Shown here: positions 47,791 through 57,912 of the stretch, piece by piece
Numbering within the stretch: position 1 is the first letter of the stretch
Layout: every line of letters starts with the position of its first letter
Assembly (NCBI GenBank): GCA_003599815.1
Contig: QZJZ01000071.1
Span: forward strand, 1,897-65,896
Length of the DNA stretch: 64,000 nucleotides
Direction: 5' to 3'
From: Candidatus Auribacter fodinae
Lineage (GTDB): Bacteria > Auribacterota > Auribacteria > Auribacterales > Auribacteraceae
Program-made: the position numbers and the translations under genes
Notes under the pieces: generated by a model
Database searches by the model: none
Seen by the model: the letters and a program-made list of their open reading frames with translations, nothing else
What the model was told of the DNA's origin: nothing

Positions 47791-48494
47791 GGTATAAGGC
47801 GTACTTCGCGGTATTCCCTGATAGTTTCGTTTTTGAATCGCAGGTAATCCGGGTAGTCCCTGTACTCATCCCATCCGAGGTGGGTGCATATGATATCCTG
47901 ATGAACGCCGCACCAGCCGATAGCATTGAGTTGTTTCAGGAATTCGAAATCCACTGTTTCCGCTGAAAACCCGTTCAGGTGAGCGAATGCGGATGAGCGT
48001 ATCATCTGCAGTGTGGTGTCAGGGACGCATTGGCGTATGGACTTGTTCGGAGGTAATGGTTTTCCTGTTTTCAGGGCAAGAAAACGCCCTTCATACCGGT
48101 TCCAGCATGGGGGTATGTTATCCATGCTCAAAGCGGCGCCGAGCCGTACCAGTTCAGGGATATCCTCAAAACAGGAGTACATTCTGCTCAGCCAGCACGG
48201 GTGCAGGTCAGGTACAACAATGTCGGGGTCGCTGAGAACAAAGACGTCAGAGATAACATGACGCAATCCGGCGTGCCATCCGTTCATAAACAGGTTTGTT
48301 TCGTTTAATTCCAAGATATCGATACTGTTTTCCGCTTTGAGTGAAGCGAGGTACTCGCGGGTATCCGCATCGGAGTTGTTGTCCGCCACGATCAGGCGGA
48401 AAGGGTAATGTGTACGCCCGGTGATGGCGGTTACCATGCGTTGAAGGTATCCTTTTCGGTTATGTGAAAGGATAACAATATCAATCGGTTTCAT
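47781..48494 (-). CDS. Glycosyltransferase family 2
   Basis: ILSHNR, ADNNS, SDPD. Confidence 0.8.
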   Translation of the reverse strand: MKPIDIVILSHNRKGYLQRMVTAITGRTHYPFRLIVADNNSDADTREYLASLKAENSIDILELNETNLFMNGWHAGLRHVISDVFVLSDPDIVVPDLHPCWLSRMYSCFEDIPELVRLGAALSMDNIPPCWNRYEGRFLALKTGKPLPPNKSIRQCVPDTTLQMIRSSAFAHLNGFSAETVDFEFLKQLNAIGWCGVHQDIICTHLGWDEYRDYPDYLRFKNETIREYREVRLIPHS

Positions 48495-48503
48495 GCAGGC
48501 TCT

Positions 48504-50021
48504 TCAGCGTGGATAGAGTATGGTTTTCTGTTTAACGTATCTGCCGGGTGTTGCCGGAACATACGATTCGCCGGCACGCATATAATAATTCTGCAGTGTA
48601 TCCTGCATAATGCCCGGTGTCAACTGTGATAGTTGCGCCGCGGAAACGATGACTCTGTTGTTTTCTACTCTGAGAGCGGATTCCAGTACTATGAGCGCGA
48701 ATTCCTTTGACCGGATCAGAGAGCGTATTGCGTCGTCGCTGTTTATGCCTCGGTTGTGCAGTTGTTTTGTCATAAACGCTACCCATTCAGGATCTTTTCC
48801 GCATAAGGCGGGGTAACTGATATTTTCGCATAACACTCTGCCCTGAGCTGACTTTACTTTCAGGTAAATTTCTTTCTCGCGTGAGTAGAGTTCCGAGAGA
48901 AACGTGCCGTAACCCATAGCTATACGGTAGTATGGAGCCGATCCGATAAACCACGGCATCATGGCTGAAAGAAGCACCGTTGCGAATACGGCGCAGGCGG
49001 CGGTATTTTTCCACCGGGTATCCTGTATCAATGAGCGCCATGCGTACCCGCCCATAACAATCGTTGCCGCGACTGCTTCGATCAGGTACATGTTGGACGC
49101 GCCTTCTTTAAAAATAAGCAAAACTCCATTGAGCGACAGCAGTCCGTATATAAAAATGAGAGCAGTATTCATTGGCCATGCGCTTTTATTCCTGCGGGTG
49201 AGGCAGAAAACCATAGCGCCGGCATACCATATGATGAGTGAAATAAGGGGCATGACATGGCGTTTTATATCAGGTGTACAAAGCCCGGTAACCGTATATA
49301 AAAACAGGTGCCGGAGAAATTCGCCGTGTGATACGATTTGCAGTATTACTGCAGGAACCGTAACCGAGGCAAGAAATGTGCAGGTGAAGAGCCATTTGTA
49401 TTGGTGGCGGTAGAGGAACAGAACCGTACCGATTGCCAGAGGGGCGGCCAGCATACTGTGTTTTGTGAATACCCCGAGCGCGCATAATAACGCGGAAACA
49501 ACAACCGGTACACGTTTTTTATCAATGAGCAGTATTGCGAAAACAGCGCTTATGCTGAAAAATACGCCCAGTGCGTCGACTCTGTAATACCGGCACTGCC
49601 AGAGTATCATCGGCAGGGTCAGGAAAAAACCGCCGCATATGATGCCCCACATATAAGACCGCGCAAGGCGGTATGTCATCAGCCCGCATATAATAGCTGT
49701 TCCCAGCAGTGACAACGTTGAAATAAGCCGTCCTGAAGCGAGAGGATATGAAAACAGGTATCCTGTGACGGCGCACAATACGTTGTAAACAGGAGGATAA
49801 TTGTTGATAAAGTACGGCGGATGCGTCAGGTGCATGTACGGCAGTGTACCTTCTTGTATGAGGCGGGTGACATACAGCACAACACCTTCATTCTGCTCAA
49901 GAGCGAATGGAAAGAAAATGGTCTTTACGCTGGTCAGAATAAATACAACACCTGCCAGCGCGAACCAGACATAGAGAGCGCCTGGAAGCACGCGCGATAA
50001 AATTGTAAAAGCGGATTTCAT
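48504..50021 (-). CDS. GT-C fold membrane glycosyltransferase (ArnT/PMT-like)
   Basis: NEG, YPP.Y, GR.IS, RVD, FTKH; many TMs. Confidence 0.75.
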   Translation of the reverse strand: MKSAFTILSRVLPGALYVWFALAGVVFILTSVKTIFFPFALEQNEGVVLYVTRLIQEGTLPYMHLTHPPYFINNYPPVYNVLCAVTGYLFSYPLASGRLISTLSLLGTAIICGLMTYRLARSYMWGIICGGFFLTLPMILWQCRYYRVDALGVFFSISAVFAILLIDKKRVPVVVSALLCALGVFTKHSMLAAPLAIGTVLFLYRHQYKWLFTCTFLASVTVPAVILQIVSHGEFLRHLFLYTVTGLCTPDIKRHVMPLISLIIWYAGAMVFCLTRRNKSAWPMNTALIFIYGLLSLNGVLLIFKEGASNMYLIEAVAATIVMGGYAWRSLIQDTRWKNTAACAVFATVLLSAMMPWFIGSAPYYRIAMGYGTFLSELYSREKEIYLKVKSAQGRVLCENISYPALCGKDPEWVAFMTKQLHNRGINSDDAIRSLIRSKEFALIVLESALRVENNRVIVSAAQLSQLTPGIMQDTLQNYYMRAGESYVPATPGRYVKQKTILYPR

Positions 50022-50096
50022 AGTTATAACTATAACCCGGTATATAAGTATTTGTCATGTATATTATTGGTAAAAATCAAAAAATCTTTAGCAAAG

Positions 50097-50134
50097 AAAG
50101 CCCCGCGACAGGGGGGGATTGTCGTGGGGCTTTT
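50097..50134. terminator. Terminator after PEP-CTERM pair
   Basis: AAAGCCCCGCGACA...TGTCGTGGGGCTTT hairpin. Confidence 0.75.
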
Positions 50135-50160
50135 GTGAAGAAAGTTCTGACCATTGCCGG

Positions 50161-50865
50161 TTAAGCACGTCTGATTTTTCTTCGAATAACAAAAAATCCA
50201 AGCCCAAAAAGCGCGATCGCCGCCGGTTCGGGGACACTGCTCGGTTCGGTAGTCATTGTTCCGACGATTTCTATATTGTTAAGATCCGTACCGTTGTCTA
50301 TATACGTTGAGAATATGTGCGGTATTGCGGATAAGTCGATAGTAAGGTCGGCGAACCCGACATATTCAAATGTTATCAGTTCGTATGGTATGCTGAACCA
50401 GTGTACCAGCATAAGCTGTGTGTTGTGCAAAGCGATATTGGTGACATCTAGGCTCTCACTTGGAGAAACATGCGCGCCGGAACCGAGAGTGATCATATCC
50501 ACGATATGCAGGTCGCCGCTCATAATCAGGTCTTCCGTTCCGTTAGAGTCAACATCAGCGTATAATTTCAGCCCGGCAGTACTGGTAACTGGAGAAATAG
50601 CATACATGGATGCGCCGGGTAAAGTGCCTGTTTTGGAAACAATAGCCGCCGGCTCTACAACAATCCTGGCGTTCTGCAGTTCGCTTGACGGGCTGTTGGT
50701 AACGGTTAACTCACCGAAATCGAGAGTCATGTTGTTCACTGATCCGGTAATTGAACCGCCGTTCTCATTAGGCGTTGATCCGAACTCAACTGTAACAGCG
50801 CTGAAAGCGGTGGTGCTTGCAATTGTCAGTAAAGCGGTCATAATCGATACAGCAGATATTTTCAT
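50161..50865 (-). CDS. PEP-CTERM protein
   Basis: GGAGG RBS, signal peptide, VPEPAAIALFGLG..RRK. Confidence 0.9.
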   Translation of the reverse strand: MKISAVSIMTALLTIASTTAFSAVTVEFGSTPNENGGSITGSVNNMTLDFGELTVTNSPSSELQNARIVVEPAAIVSKTGTLPGASMYAISPVTSTAGLKLYADVDSNGTEDLIMSGDLHIVDMITLGSGAHVSPSESLDVTNIALHNTQLMLVHWFSIPYELITFEYVGFADLTIDLSAIPHIFSTYIDNGTDLNNIEIVGTMTTEPSSVPEPAAIALFGLGFFVIRRKIRRA

Positions 50866-50896
50866 AGTAAGACCTCCTCTCACCTATAATTCGACA

Positions 50897-51604
50897 TTAT
50901 GAACCAATCGTATGAGAAATTCTTTTTTTCAGGACAGAAAGTAACGCAATGCTGAACAATGTAATTGATAATGGCTCAGGAATAGCTATGCCGAACCCGG
51001 AAAACGTACCGCCGACAATCCCCTGAATATCGTTCATTTCAAGAAGCTGTTCCGCAGGGTCGTCATTCGCTACATCCTGCATGGTGATGTTCAGGTCGCC
51101 GCCCGCGCCGAAATCGGTGAAGAAAGCAAGAAGTACAGGATCAACGGTATGTATAACCGGCGACAGTACATTGAGCTGTACCGTATCGTCGAGCGTACCG
51201 GTTTTTCCGAAAAAGTATAAATCGTTCAAAAGCAGGTCGCCGCTGAGTACCAGTTCCTGATTGAGGATAATTCTAAATCCGCCCATTATGGGGAATTCCG
51301 GAACGAGGGCGTAATGTATAAGGTCTTTCCCTGCTAAAGAACCGACAGTATTGCGGCTGTCAAGGTCAAGGTGCACATCGGAAATAATAACCTCAGCGCC
51401 GACTATGGGGCTGAATGAGCTTCCGTTATGCTCCGCGTTTGTAACGGCAAGTTTCCCGAACGAGAGGGTCGCTGTCTGTCCGCTCGGGCTGATGGAGTAA
51501 TACTGCGCATTGGATGTCTGGAACCCCAATGACGTCGCAAATGATGCCGTGGTGCCGAATATGCAGGTTAAACTGAATAATAAGACCGCCAATACAATCT
51601 TCAT
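50897..51604 (-). CDS. PEP-CTERM protein
   Basis: AGGAG RBS, signal peptide, IPEP-TM-KKR. Confidence 0.88.
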   Translation of the reverse strand: MKIVLAVLLFSLTCIFGTTASFATSLGFQTSNAQYYSISPSGQTATLSFGKLAVTNAEHNGSSFSPIVGAEVIISDVHLDLDSRNTVGSLAGKDLIHYALVPEFPIMGGFRIILNQELVLSGDLLLNDLYFFGKTGTLDDTVQLNVLSPVIHTVDPVLLAFFTDFGAGGDLNITMQDVANDDPAEQLLEMNDIQGIVGGTFSGFGIAIPEPLSITLFSIALLSVLKKRISHTIGS

Positions 51605-51677
51605 CGCCAAAATCTCCTTTGTAGCAAACCGCAGAAGTAAAACACTTAAGCCGAATAATGTATAAAGTTCTATACAT

Positions 51678-51706
51678 ATTATACATGGAATATCTCAGCT
51701 TGTCAA
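51678..51706 (-). promoter_or_regulatory. Perfect consensus sigma70 promoter for PEP-CTERM pair
   Basis: TTGACA-17nt-TATAAT. Confidence 0.8.
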
Positions 51707-51827
51707 ATCGCGACTGTAATTTTTCTAAAATTGTATTCAAAATCAGTCGTTATATTGTATAGTGTAATCAGCTATGAGGTCGGCGGGTCAGGTTTTCACG
51801 ATACTTTAACGGCGTATCCATTCGGGT

Positions 51828-52652
51828 ATGAATACTATGAATAATAAAAACGTATGTACCATGTTGTTTGTTTGCCTCCTTTGCTGTGCATTCATTGCTC
51901 GGGCCGATGAGATTATCCTGAAGAACGGAGTCCGCCTGCAGGGATTGCTGGTCGGAGAGCGTGATTCAAATCTGGAATTTGATATCCTGTATGATACGAT
52001 TCGCATTCCTGCCCGGATAAGCAAAAGCGACGTGCTGTCAGTGGAAATGGACAATACCGGCAGTGAGCAGACTGTTGATTTGTTTTCCATCAGCCAGCAG
52101 GCAAAAGGGCTGGTGCTGTATGAAGGGCGGTGGCTGCCGAAAGAACATGTTGATATGGTGCGCAGTAAACAGTCAAAGATCGCTCAGGCAAAAAAGATTA
52201 CATTATTTTCACTCCAGTTTTTTTTCTTTTTGATGGCATGCCTTGCTCTGGTTATTGTATTTGATTTTCTGCACTATGAATGGAAACGCCTGCGTGTGCG
52301 CCGTGTTGAAAAAGGGCAAAGCGGGGCTGATTACCGGTTGCACCGCCGTATTTCAGCGGCGATCCCCTTTGAATTTGAAATGGAAAACGGAACTAAGCAT
52401 TCTGCGGTCACCACGAATATCAGCCTTGGCGGCATGCTGTTTACCACTCCTGTAGCTCTGGAATTGACTACACAGATAAATGTCAGCCTGACCGCTGATG
52501 ATATTCATATTGACTGCCAGGGAATGGTGGTCAGGTCGGATAAGGAGCCGAACGAGAATATATATAACATCGGGTTGAGTTTTATCGGGCTCAATGCTGA
52601 TATGCGCCAGAAAATCGCCCGTTTTATCGCTCACGCGCAGATTCAATTATAA
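51828..52652 (+). CDS. Bitopic membrane protein with cytoplasmic PilZ domain
   Basis: Signal peptide, periplasmic D.I.LKNG..L.G domain, TM, RLHRR and NISLGG. Confidence 0.85.
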   Translation: MNTMNNKNVCTMLFVCLLCCAFIARADEIILKNGVRLQGLLVGERDSNLEFDILYDTIRIPARISKSDVLSVEMDNTGSEQTVDLFSISQQAKGLVLYEGRWLPKEHVDMVRSKQSKIAQAKKITLFSLQFFFFLMACLALVIVFDFLHYEWKRLRVRRVEKGQSGADYRLHRRISAAIPFEFEMENGTKHSAVTTNISLGGMLFTTPVALELTTQINVSLTADDIHIDCQGMVVRSDKEPNENIYNIGLSFIGLNADMRQKIARFIAHAQIQL

Positions 52653-52675
52653 TATATATAGTATACACGCAAAAT

Positions 52676-52713
52676 AAAAGCCCGCTTATACTCTGAGATA
52701 AGCGGGCTTTTTT
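52676..52713. terminator. Bidirectional terminator
   Basis: AAAAGCCCGCTTAT...ATAAGCGGGCTTTT between convergent genes. Confidence 0.85.
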
Positions 52714-52749
52714 ATCCAAAACGAATTGATGTTTTGACCGGATAAAGAA

Positions 52750-53034
52750 TTACAGTTCCGTTTCTACCAGTTCACGCATTCTTTTGCCGGATTTAAAAAC
52801 TACTACGTTGCGCGCAGGAATCTGAACTTCATGTTCAGGCCTGTTCGGGTTTCTGCCTTTACGTGCTTCACGATGTTTTACTTTGAAAACACCGAAATCC
52901 CTCAGTTCGACATTTTCCCGGCGTTCGAGACTTTCAGTAATGTAATCGAGCGTTTTTTGAATCACTTTGCTTACATCGAGCTGAGTCAGTCCTGTTTCAC
53001 GTGCGATTCTTACTACGAGATCTCGTTTTGTCAT
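52750..53034 (-). CDS. HU/IHF family DNA-binding protein
   Basis: MTKRDL, VELRDFGVF, R.GRNP, FKSGK; GGAGG RBS. Confidence 0.93.
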   Translation of the reverse strand: MTKRDLVVRIARETGLTQLDVSKVIQKTLDYITESLERRENVELRDFGVFKVKHREARKGRNPNRPEHEVQIPARNVVVFKSGKRMRELVETEL

Positions 53035-53102
53035 TGCTACCTCCACATTTTAGCATTTGACTGAAAACATGGAATTAAATTAATAACCCCCACCTTAAAT
53101 AC

Positions 53103-53131
53103 ATGCTAAATGAAACAAAAATAAAAGTCAA
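53103..53131 (-). promoter_or_regulatory. sigma70-type promoter of HU/IHF gene
   Basis: TTGACT-17nt-TAGCAT. Confidence 0.55.
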
Positions 53132-53719
53132 AGGTATTTTTTTATATCTTTAAATAATCAGGTTCAAATATCTCATTTTTCCTGATCTGAGAAAGCATCT
53201 GCAATTAATACTAATGTCCGGTAATGTAAAAAAACTTCCTTTTTTGTATCTGCATGGAATGCAGTTTCTTAATTTCTTTTAAAAAGAAATATAATGAACA
53301 CTAACACATATAAAACATAATGTAAAGAAAAAATAAGTGTAAATTATCAAAAAAAAATGGATAAATAATTTTTTAAAATCTACAACTAATTGGTTCAAAA
53401 GAAAATAAAAAAAGTTTAAAAAAATATAAAAAAATATGTTTCATCAGATTAAGCTTAATCCCTTTTCCGCCATGAAGAAAGTATAATGGCTAAAGTTGTA
53501 ATTATATTACATTACAAATGACAAGAAAAAACGATGAAGTCTTCTCTTGTGAGCTTCAGATAGTCGGGGAAGAAGCAGAATGAGAAACGGCGCTAAAATA
53601 AAGTCAATCATGCGAATGACGATTATAATGAGAGCTCTGTATTTATCTTAACGCAGGAACGTACTGTTGGTTGATTACTTTAATTCGGGACGAAAAGTCC
53701 GATAGAACCCGGGTAAAAA

Positions 53720-55126
53720 ATGCACAAAATACTCCTGATTTGCGATACTACTGCCTGCTCCGCCGCCAATGTTGAGCTTGGAGATATCCATGATGAGGCT
53801 TCCGTTACGGTAATTGCTCCTGATGAAGCCGCTGTACAGCCTGCCCACAGTTCCTATGATCAGATTATTATTGATATGAATTTGTCCGATGCGCAGATTC
53901 AGTCTGTTATTTCCGCTATGCGCAGTGCCGGCGTGTCCATCCCCATCATTATTTATCCGACGGGGAAGAAGTGTTGGACTGCAGTACCTTCCACGCAGGG
54001 TAGGCCTGAGAACGCGGCGGGAGACTGTTCTCGGCATAAAAGAGAGCACAGCGGATGCGGGGCAATGGTTATCAGCGGCGAAGCGTCAATTGCCGGGGCG
54101 GCGTGTATATATCCCCATTTTTTTGACGACATTGATTCCGGTATCATCATCAGTACACGGGAAGGCGTTTGTGTTTACTCTAACAATACGATACAAATGC
54201 TTATAGGCGGCAGTATCGTACAGCGTCATATAAAAGAGCTCTTTGGCGACTATTTCCCGGAAGAGTACAAGTCCGGCGATGGCATTCAATTCGATACCGT
54301 ATTGAGGCATGCGGGGATAGGCAGAGACATTCCTGTGCATGTCGAGGCTGTGCCGATTGCCGAAAAGTGCCCGCTTGGATGGTATATTCTTGTAACCGGG
54401 CTTGAGAACTTTTCTGAATTCTTTGAAACGGTGGAAGAGTCTGCACACCAGCTTATGCCTCCTGAATTTCCTGAAACGCTCATGGACAGGCTGGCACATG
54501 AGGTACGCACCCCTGCCGCATTGATAAAGGAATCCATAGAGCTCATCGCTGAACAGTACCTTGGCGATATCAATGCGATGCAGAAACAGTACCTTGATGT
54601 GGCACAGAAAAATATCGGGCGGCTGGTGACGGCTGTCAACCTGATGCTGGAGCATACGTCTGCCAACTCGGTGATAGCCAAGCTGGATGTACAGGATTGC
54701 AACATTCATGACATTCTGCACAGTATTGTTGTTACGCTGAACCAACTGTATCCATATTTAGCCGGCTCCATACACCTGCATCATTCCGCGGAAGTAGTGG
54801 TAAAAACCGATCAGGCAAAACTGGCATATATTTTGTATACACTCATGGATATGCTTGTGTCCGGGCAGGCGGGCGCTGAATCCGTCGACGTATCTGTCCG
54901 GAGTTTGGATGCGCATGCACTTATTATTATACATACACGGTATTGCGGCGGTGACGTGCTTCATGCAGACAGCAACTATCCTGACGCGCTGGAAATATGC
55001 AAGGTACTGCTATGGCTTTTAAAAGGCTCACTGACAGTAGACAGCGAGCCCAACCGTCCGGACGGCTGTTTAAAAATTATTCTGCCGCTGGAATACGAAA
55101 CACAGATCTGGAGGAACGAAACATGA
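53720..55126 (+). CDS. Degenerate sensor kinase (pseudo-REC, PAS-like, HisKA, decayed HATPase)
   Basis: LAHEVRTP H-box; N, G1 and G2 boxes not recognisable. Confidence 0.7.
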   Translation: MHKILLICDTTACSAANVELGDIHDEASVTVIAPDEAAVQPAHSSYDQIIIDMNLSDAQIQSVISAMRSAGVSIPIIIYPTGKKCWTAVPSTQGRPENAAGDCSRHKREHSGCGAMVISGEASIAGAACIYPHFFDDIDSGIIISTREGVCVYSNNTIQMLIGGSIVQRHIKELFGDYFPEEYKSGDGIQFDTVLRHAGIGRDIPVHVEAVPIAEKCPLGWYILVTGLENFSEFFETVEESAHQLMPPEFPETLMDRLAHEVRTPAALIKESIELIAEQYLGDINAMQKQYLDVAQKNIGRLVTAVNLMLEHTSANSVIAKLDVQDCNIHDILHSIVVTLNQLYPYLAGSIHLHHSAEVVVKTDQAKLAYILYTLMDMLVSGQAGAESVDVSVRSLDAHALIIIHTRYCGGDVLHADSNYPDALEICKVLLWLLKGSLTVDSEPNRPDGCLKIILPLEYETQIWRNET

Positions 55127-55500
55127 GTTCTACCCAAAAAAAACAGGTGCTGATTGTTGAAGATGAACAGGATTTGTTGACCATTCTGCAGATCAGGCTC
55201 TCACGCGACAATTATGAAGTGTTCACCGCTCCTGACGGACAGGCAGGGCTGGAACTCGCCCAGACCATTAAGCCGGATGTGGTGGTGCTGGACATCATGA
55301 TGCCCGGAAAAGACGGATTTTCCCTGTTGCGCGACTTGAAAGGAAATGAGGAAACCTGTCATATCCCGGTTATTGTAGTGACTGCCCGTGACCGTATAGA
55401 AGAGCCGTGCGCGCTTGAAGGGGCAGAACGGTTTCTGGTGAAACCATACGAGTATTCGGTGCTTCAGGAATCCATTCGCGAGTTGACTGCCGGCGTGTAA
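55123..55500 (+). CDS. Single-domain response regulator
   Basis: VEDE, LDIMMP, VTA, KPY; GGAGG RBS, ATGA overlap. Confidence 0.92.
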   Translation: MSSTQKKQVLIVEDEQDLLTILQIRLSRDNYEVFTAPDGQAGLELAQTIKPDVVVLDIMMPGKDGFSLLRDLKGNEETCHIPVIVVTARDRIEEPCALEGAERFLVKPYEYSVLQESIRELTAGV

Positions 55501-55504
55501 GCGG

Positions 55505-56422
55505 TTAAAGAGTATAAACGGTTCCTTCCCGAGCGCATTCCACCGCACTGAACAGTTTTTGCGCGTCCGTTTGCTTTGAGCGGACGATCTCGTCTGTATC
55601 GTTCGGGTCGTGATGTGTGAGTATAAGTTTCTTCACGCCAGCTTTCTGAGCTACTTCAACAGCCATATTGACTGTGCTGTGCCCCCATCCCTGTTTCGGC
55701 AGTTTCGGATCTGCGTATGTGGCGCAAGTAAATTGCGCGTCGTGCACCAATAGGTCGGCTCCCTGGCAGAACTGGACAAGCCGCTGGTCACTGCCTATAT
55801 ATCCTTCGGTATCCGTGGCAAATACGAATTTTTTACCGCGCCATATGACCGCATAAATATAGATGCCTCCTTTCGGGTGCGCGTACCCGCGCAGGACTTT
55901 GACCTGAATATCGTCAGGGTCACAGCTCAGGTGCTGAGAGCCGTGATACAGTCCTTTGGGCGTTCCGGTTGCCGCATCCAGCAGGACGGTATCCGAGTCG
56001 GATAGTTCCTGCACGTTTTTTATGGCGTGCGTTTCAACGAATTCCACAGGGAAATAGGGCGGAAGCATAGACCGCGAGAGCATTTCCACCAGCGAACAGG
56101 TCGATGTGCAGGCGCCGTATATATTTATGGTAGTGGAATACAGGTATGCCGGCGCGAAAAACGGAAATCCCTCAATATGGTCATGATGAATGTGCGTTAA
56201 AAAGAGGTTGGCTATAATGGTTTTTTTATCAGTCTGATGTTCTTTCAGCAATTCCTGCCCGTAATCAATAATACCCGTACCTGCGTCAAAAATGATGATG
56301 CAGTTGCGTATTTTGACCGCGTAACAGGTCGTGTTGCCGCCAAAATAAACCGTATCCTGTCCCGGTTTAGGGTAGCTTCCGCGGCATCCGAAGACTTTAA
56401 CATTGAAAGCATCAGTACTCAT
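55505..56422 (-). CDS. MBL-fold metallohydrolase (RNase Z / phosphodiesterase-like)
   Basis: G.RGS, GGNT.C, DAGTG, THIHHDH, TDTE, GWGHS, HHDP. Confidence 0.88.
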   Translation of the reverse strand: MSTDAFNVKVFGCRGSYPKPGQDTVYFGGNTTCYAVKIRNCIIIFDAGTGIIDYGQELLKEHQTDKKTIIANLFLTHIHHDHIEGFPFFAPAYLYSTTINIYGACTSTCSLVEMLSRSMLPPYFPVEFVETHAIKNVQELSDSDTVLLDAATGTPKGLYHGSQHLSCDPDDIQVKVLRGYAHPKGGIYIYAVIWRGKKFVFATDTEGYIGSDQRLVQFCQGADLLVHDAQFTCATYADPKLPKQGWGHSTVNMAVEVAQKAGVKKLILTHHDPNDTDEIVRSKQTDAQKLFSAVECAREGTVYTL

Positions 56423-56520
56423 CAGGCAAATCCTTTCGGAAAAAATTCACATTACAACGCACTTCCGCATAAACATACTGGCGATTATACCACGAGGGCA
56501 TACGCCCTGCAAACCAATAA

Positions 56521-57027
56521 TTAGCTGAGCGCTTTCAGTATCGCCTTACAGAAAGCCGGGAGGTCATCCGGTTTTCGTGAGGTGATAAGTTTTCCGTCCA
56601 CAACGACTTCTTCATCCTCAAACAAACCGCCTGCATGAATAAGGTCGTCCCGAATAGCTCTGTATCCTGTAACCCGTTTGCCGTTAATGATATCCGCTGA
56701 CGCAATCACCCATCCGCCGTGGCAGATTGCCGCAACCATTTTATTCTGATCAGACAGTTTTCTCACAAAGTCCACTACGCTGTCGTGTATGCGCAGGTGG
56801 TCGGGCGCCCATCCGCCGGGTATGATGACTCCGTCATAGTCTTTGGGCTGTAAGTCTTCAGCGTCAACGTCAACACGTATGGCAATGCCGTATTTCCCGA
56901 AATACGTCTGTGCAGTGCCCGTTCCGACCACGATGACCTCGTACCCTTCTTCTTTAAGGCGGTAATACGGGTAAAAAACCTCAAGGTCCTGAAAATCTTT
57001 TTCCACGAGAATGGCTACTTTTTTCAT
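56521..57027 (-). CDS. PfpI/DJ-1 family protein
   Basis: F.DLE, PGG, AICHG, TSR.PDDL. Confidence 0.92.
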   Translation of the reverse strand: MKKVAILVEKDFQDLEVFYPYYRLKEEGYEVIVVGTGTAQTYFGKYGIAIRVDVDAEDLQPKDYDGVIIPGGWAPDHLRIHDSVVDFVRKLSDQNKMVAAICHGGWVIASADIINGKRVTGYRAIRDDLIHAGGLFEDEEVVVDGKLITSRKPDDLPAFCKAILKALS

Positions 57028-57053
57028 ACTGGCATTTCCTTTTTCTGTATTTT

Positions 57054-57713
57054 TTATGATGAATGGTTCGATAAAATTTTTATCAGTTCACCCGGTGACG
57101 ATATAACGTAATCGGGTTTAAGTGTGCGCAGTTCTTGTTCCGACCCATATCCCCACAGCACCGCACAGCTTGCTGTGCCCGAAGACTGGGCGGTCAGCAC
57201 ATCGACCTGCATATCGCCGACCAGAATAGTTTTTTCCGGGCGGCTGTTGTGGTACTCTATTATTTTATATATGCCTTCAGGCTCAGGTTTTCGCCCATAC
57301 GGATTGTCTCCGCCAAGAAAAATGGGAAAATAGTCTTTTATCTGAAAATAGTCAAGAACCGGAGCGATAAACTGTGTATGTTTGTTGGAACAAACCGCCA
57401 TTTTGTACGAGCTGTCAAGCGTTGCCAGCAGTTGCTGTATCCCGTCATACAAATGTGTGTGATGAAAATAGTTTTTCGCGTAGTGTTCTAGGAACTTATT
57501 CTTGATTTCCTCGAACAGCGCGTCGCTGTAACGGTCGCCGAGCGCTTTTTCCAGAAACAGCGCCAGCCCTTTTCCGACCCAGATTTTGGTTTGTTCGTAA
57601 CTTACCGGATGTAATCCGCACTGGCCAAGCGCGTGGTTCAATGATTCTGTCAGGTCGCGCAGAGAGTCGAGCAGTGTGCCGTCCAGATCGAAAATAACAA
57701 GGTCATAACTCAT
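57054..57713 (-). CDS. HAD hydrolase, phosphoglycolate phosphatase-like
   Basis: FDLDGTL.DS, SNK, KP.P, VGD...D. Confidence 0.88.
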   Translation of the reverse strand: MSYDLVIFDLDGTLLDSLRDLTESLNHALGQCGLHPVSYEQTKIWVGKGLALFLEKALGDRYSDALFEEIKNKFLEHYAKNYFHHTHLYDGIQQLLATLDSSYKMAVCSNKHTQFIAPVLDYFQIKDYFPIFLGGDNPYGRKPEPEGIYKIIEYHNSRPEKTILVGDMQVDVLTAQSSGTASCAVLWGYGSEQELRTLKPDYVISSPGELIKILSNHSS

Positions 57714-57912
57714 ACAATACAGTTCCTTTATCGTAATCATAATTTAATATACAATACTACTTTGACACTATGAGGAAGCAGTGGTTTTAAATTAAATTCG
57801 AGTTAGGCTGTCCTCAAATATACATTGCAATCTACTTGTTTGAATGATATAACGACGAGCATGCCATTATAATGAAAGTTCAGCGGATGAGCAATAAAAT
57901 GAGTGGAAATCT

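Noticed and set aside
50276-50902. 208-aa plus-strand ORF
   Set aside because: Antisense shadow of a PEP-CTERM gene.
53050-53719. Replication origin
   Set aside because: No cluster of TTATCCACA DnaA boxes seen and no dnaA/dnaN/gidA nearby.
54997-55122. N-terminal extension of response regulator ORF
   Set aside because: GGAGG RBS and ATGA overlap place the start at 55123.
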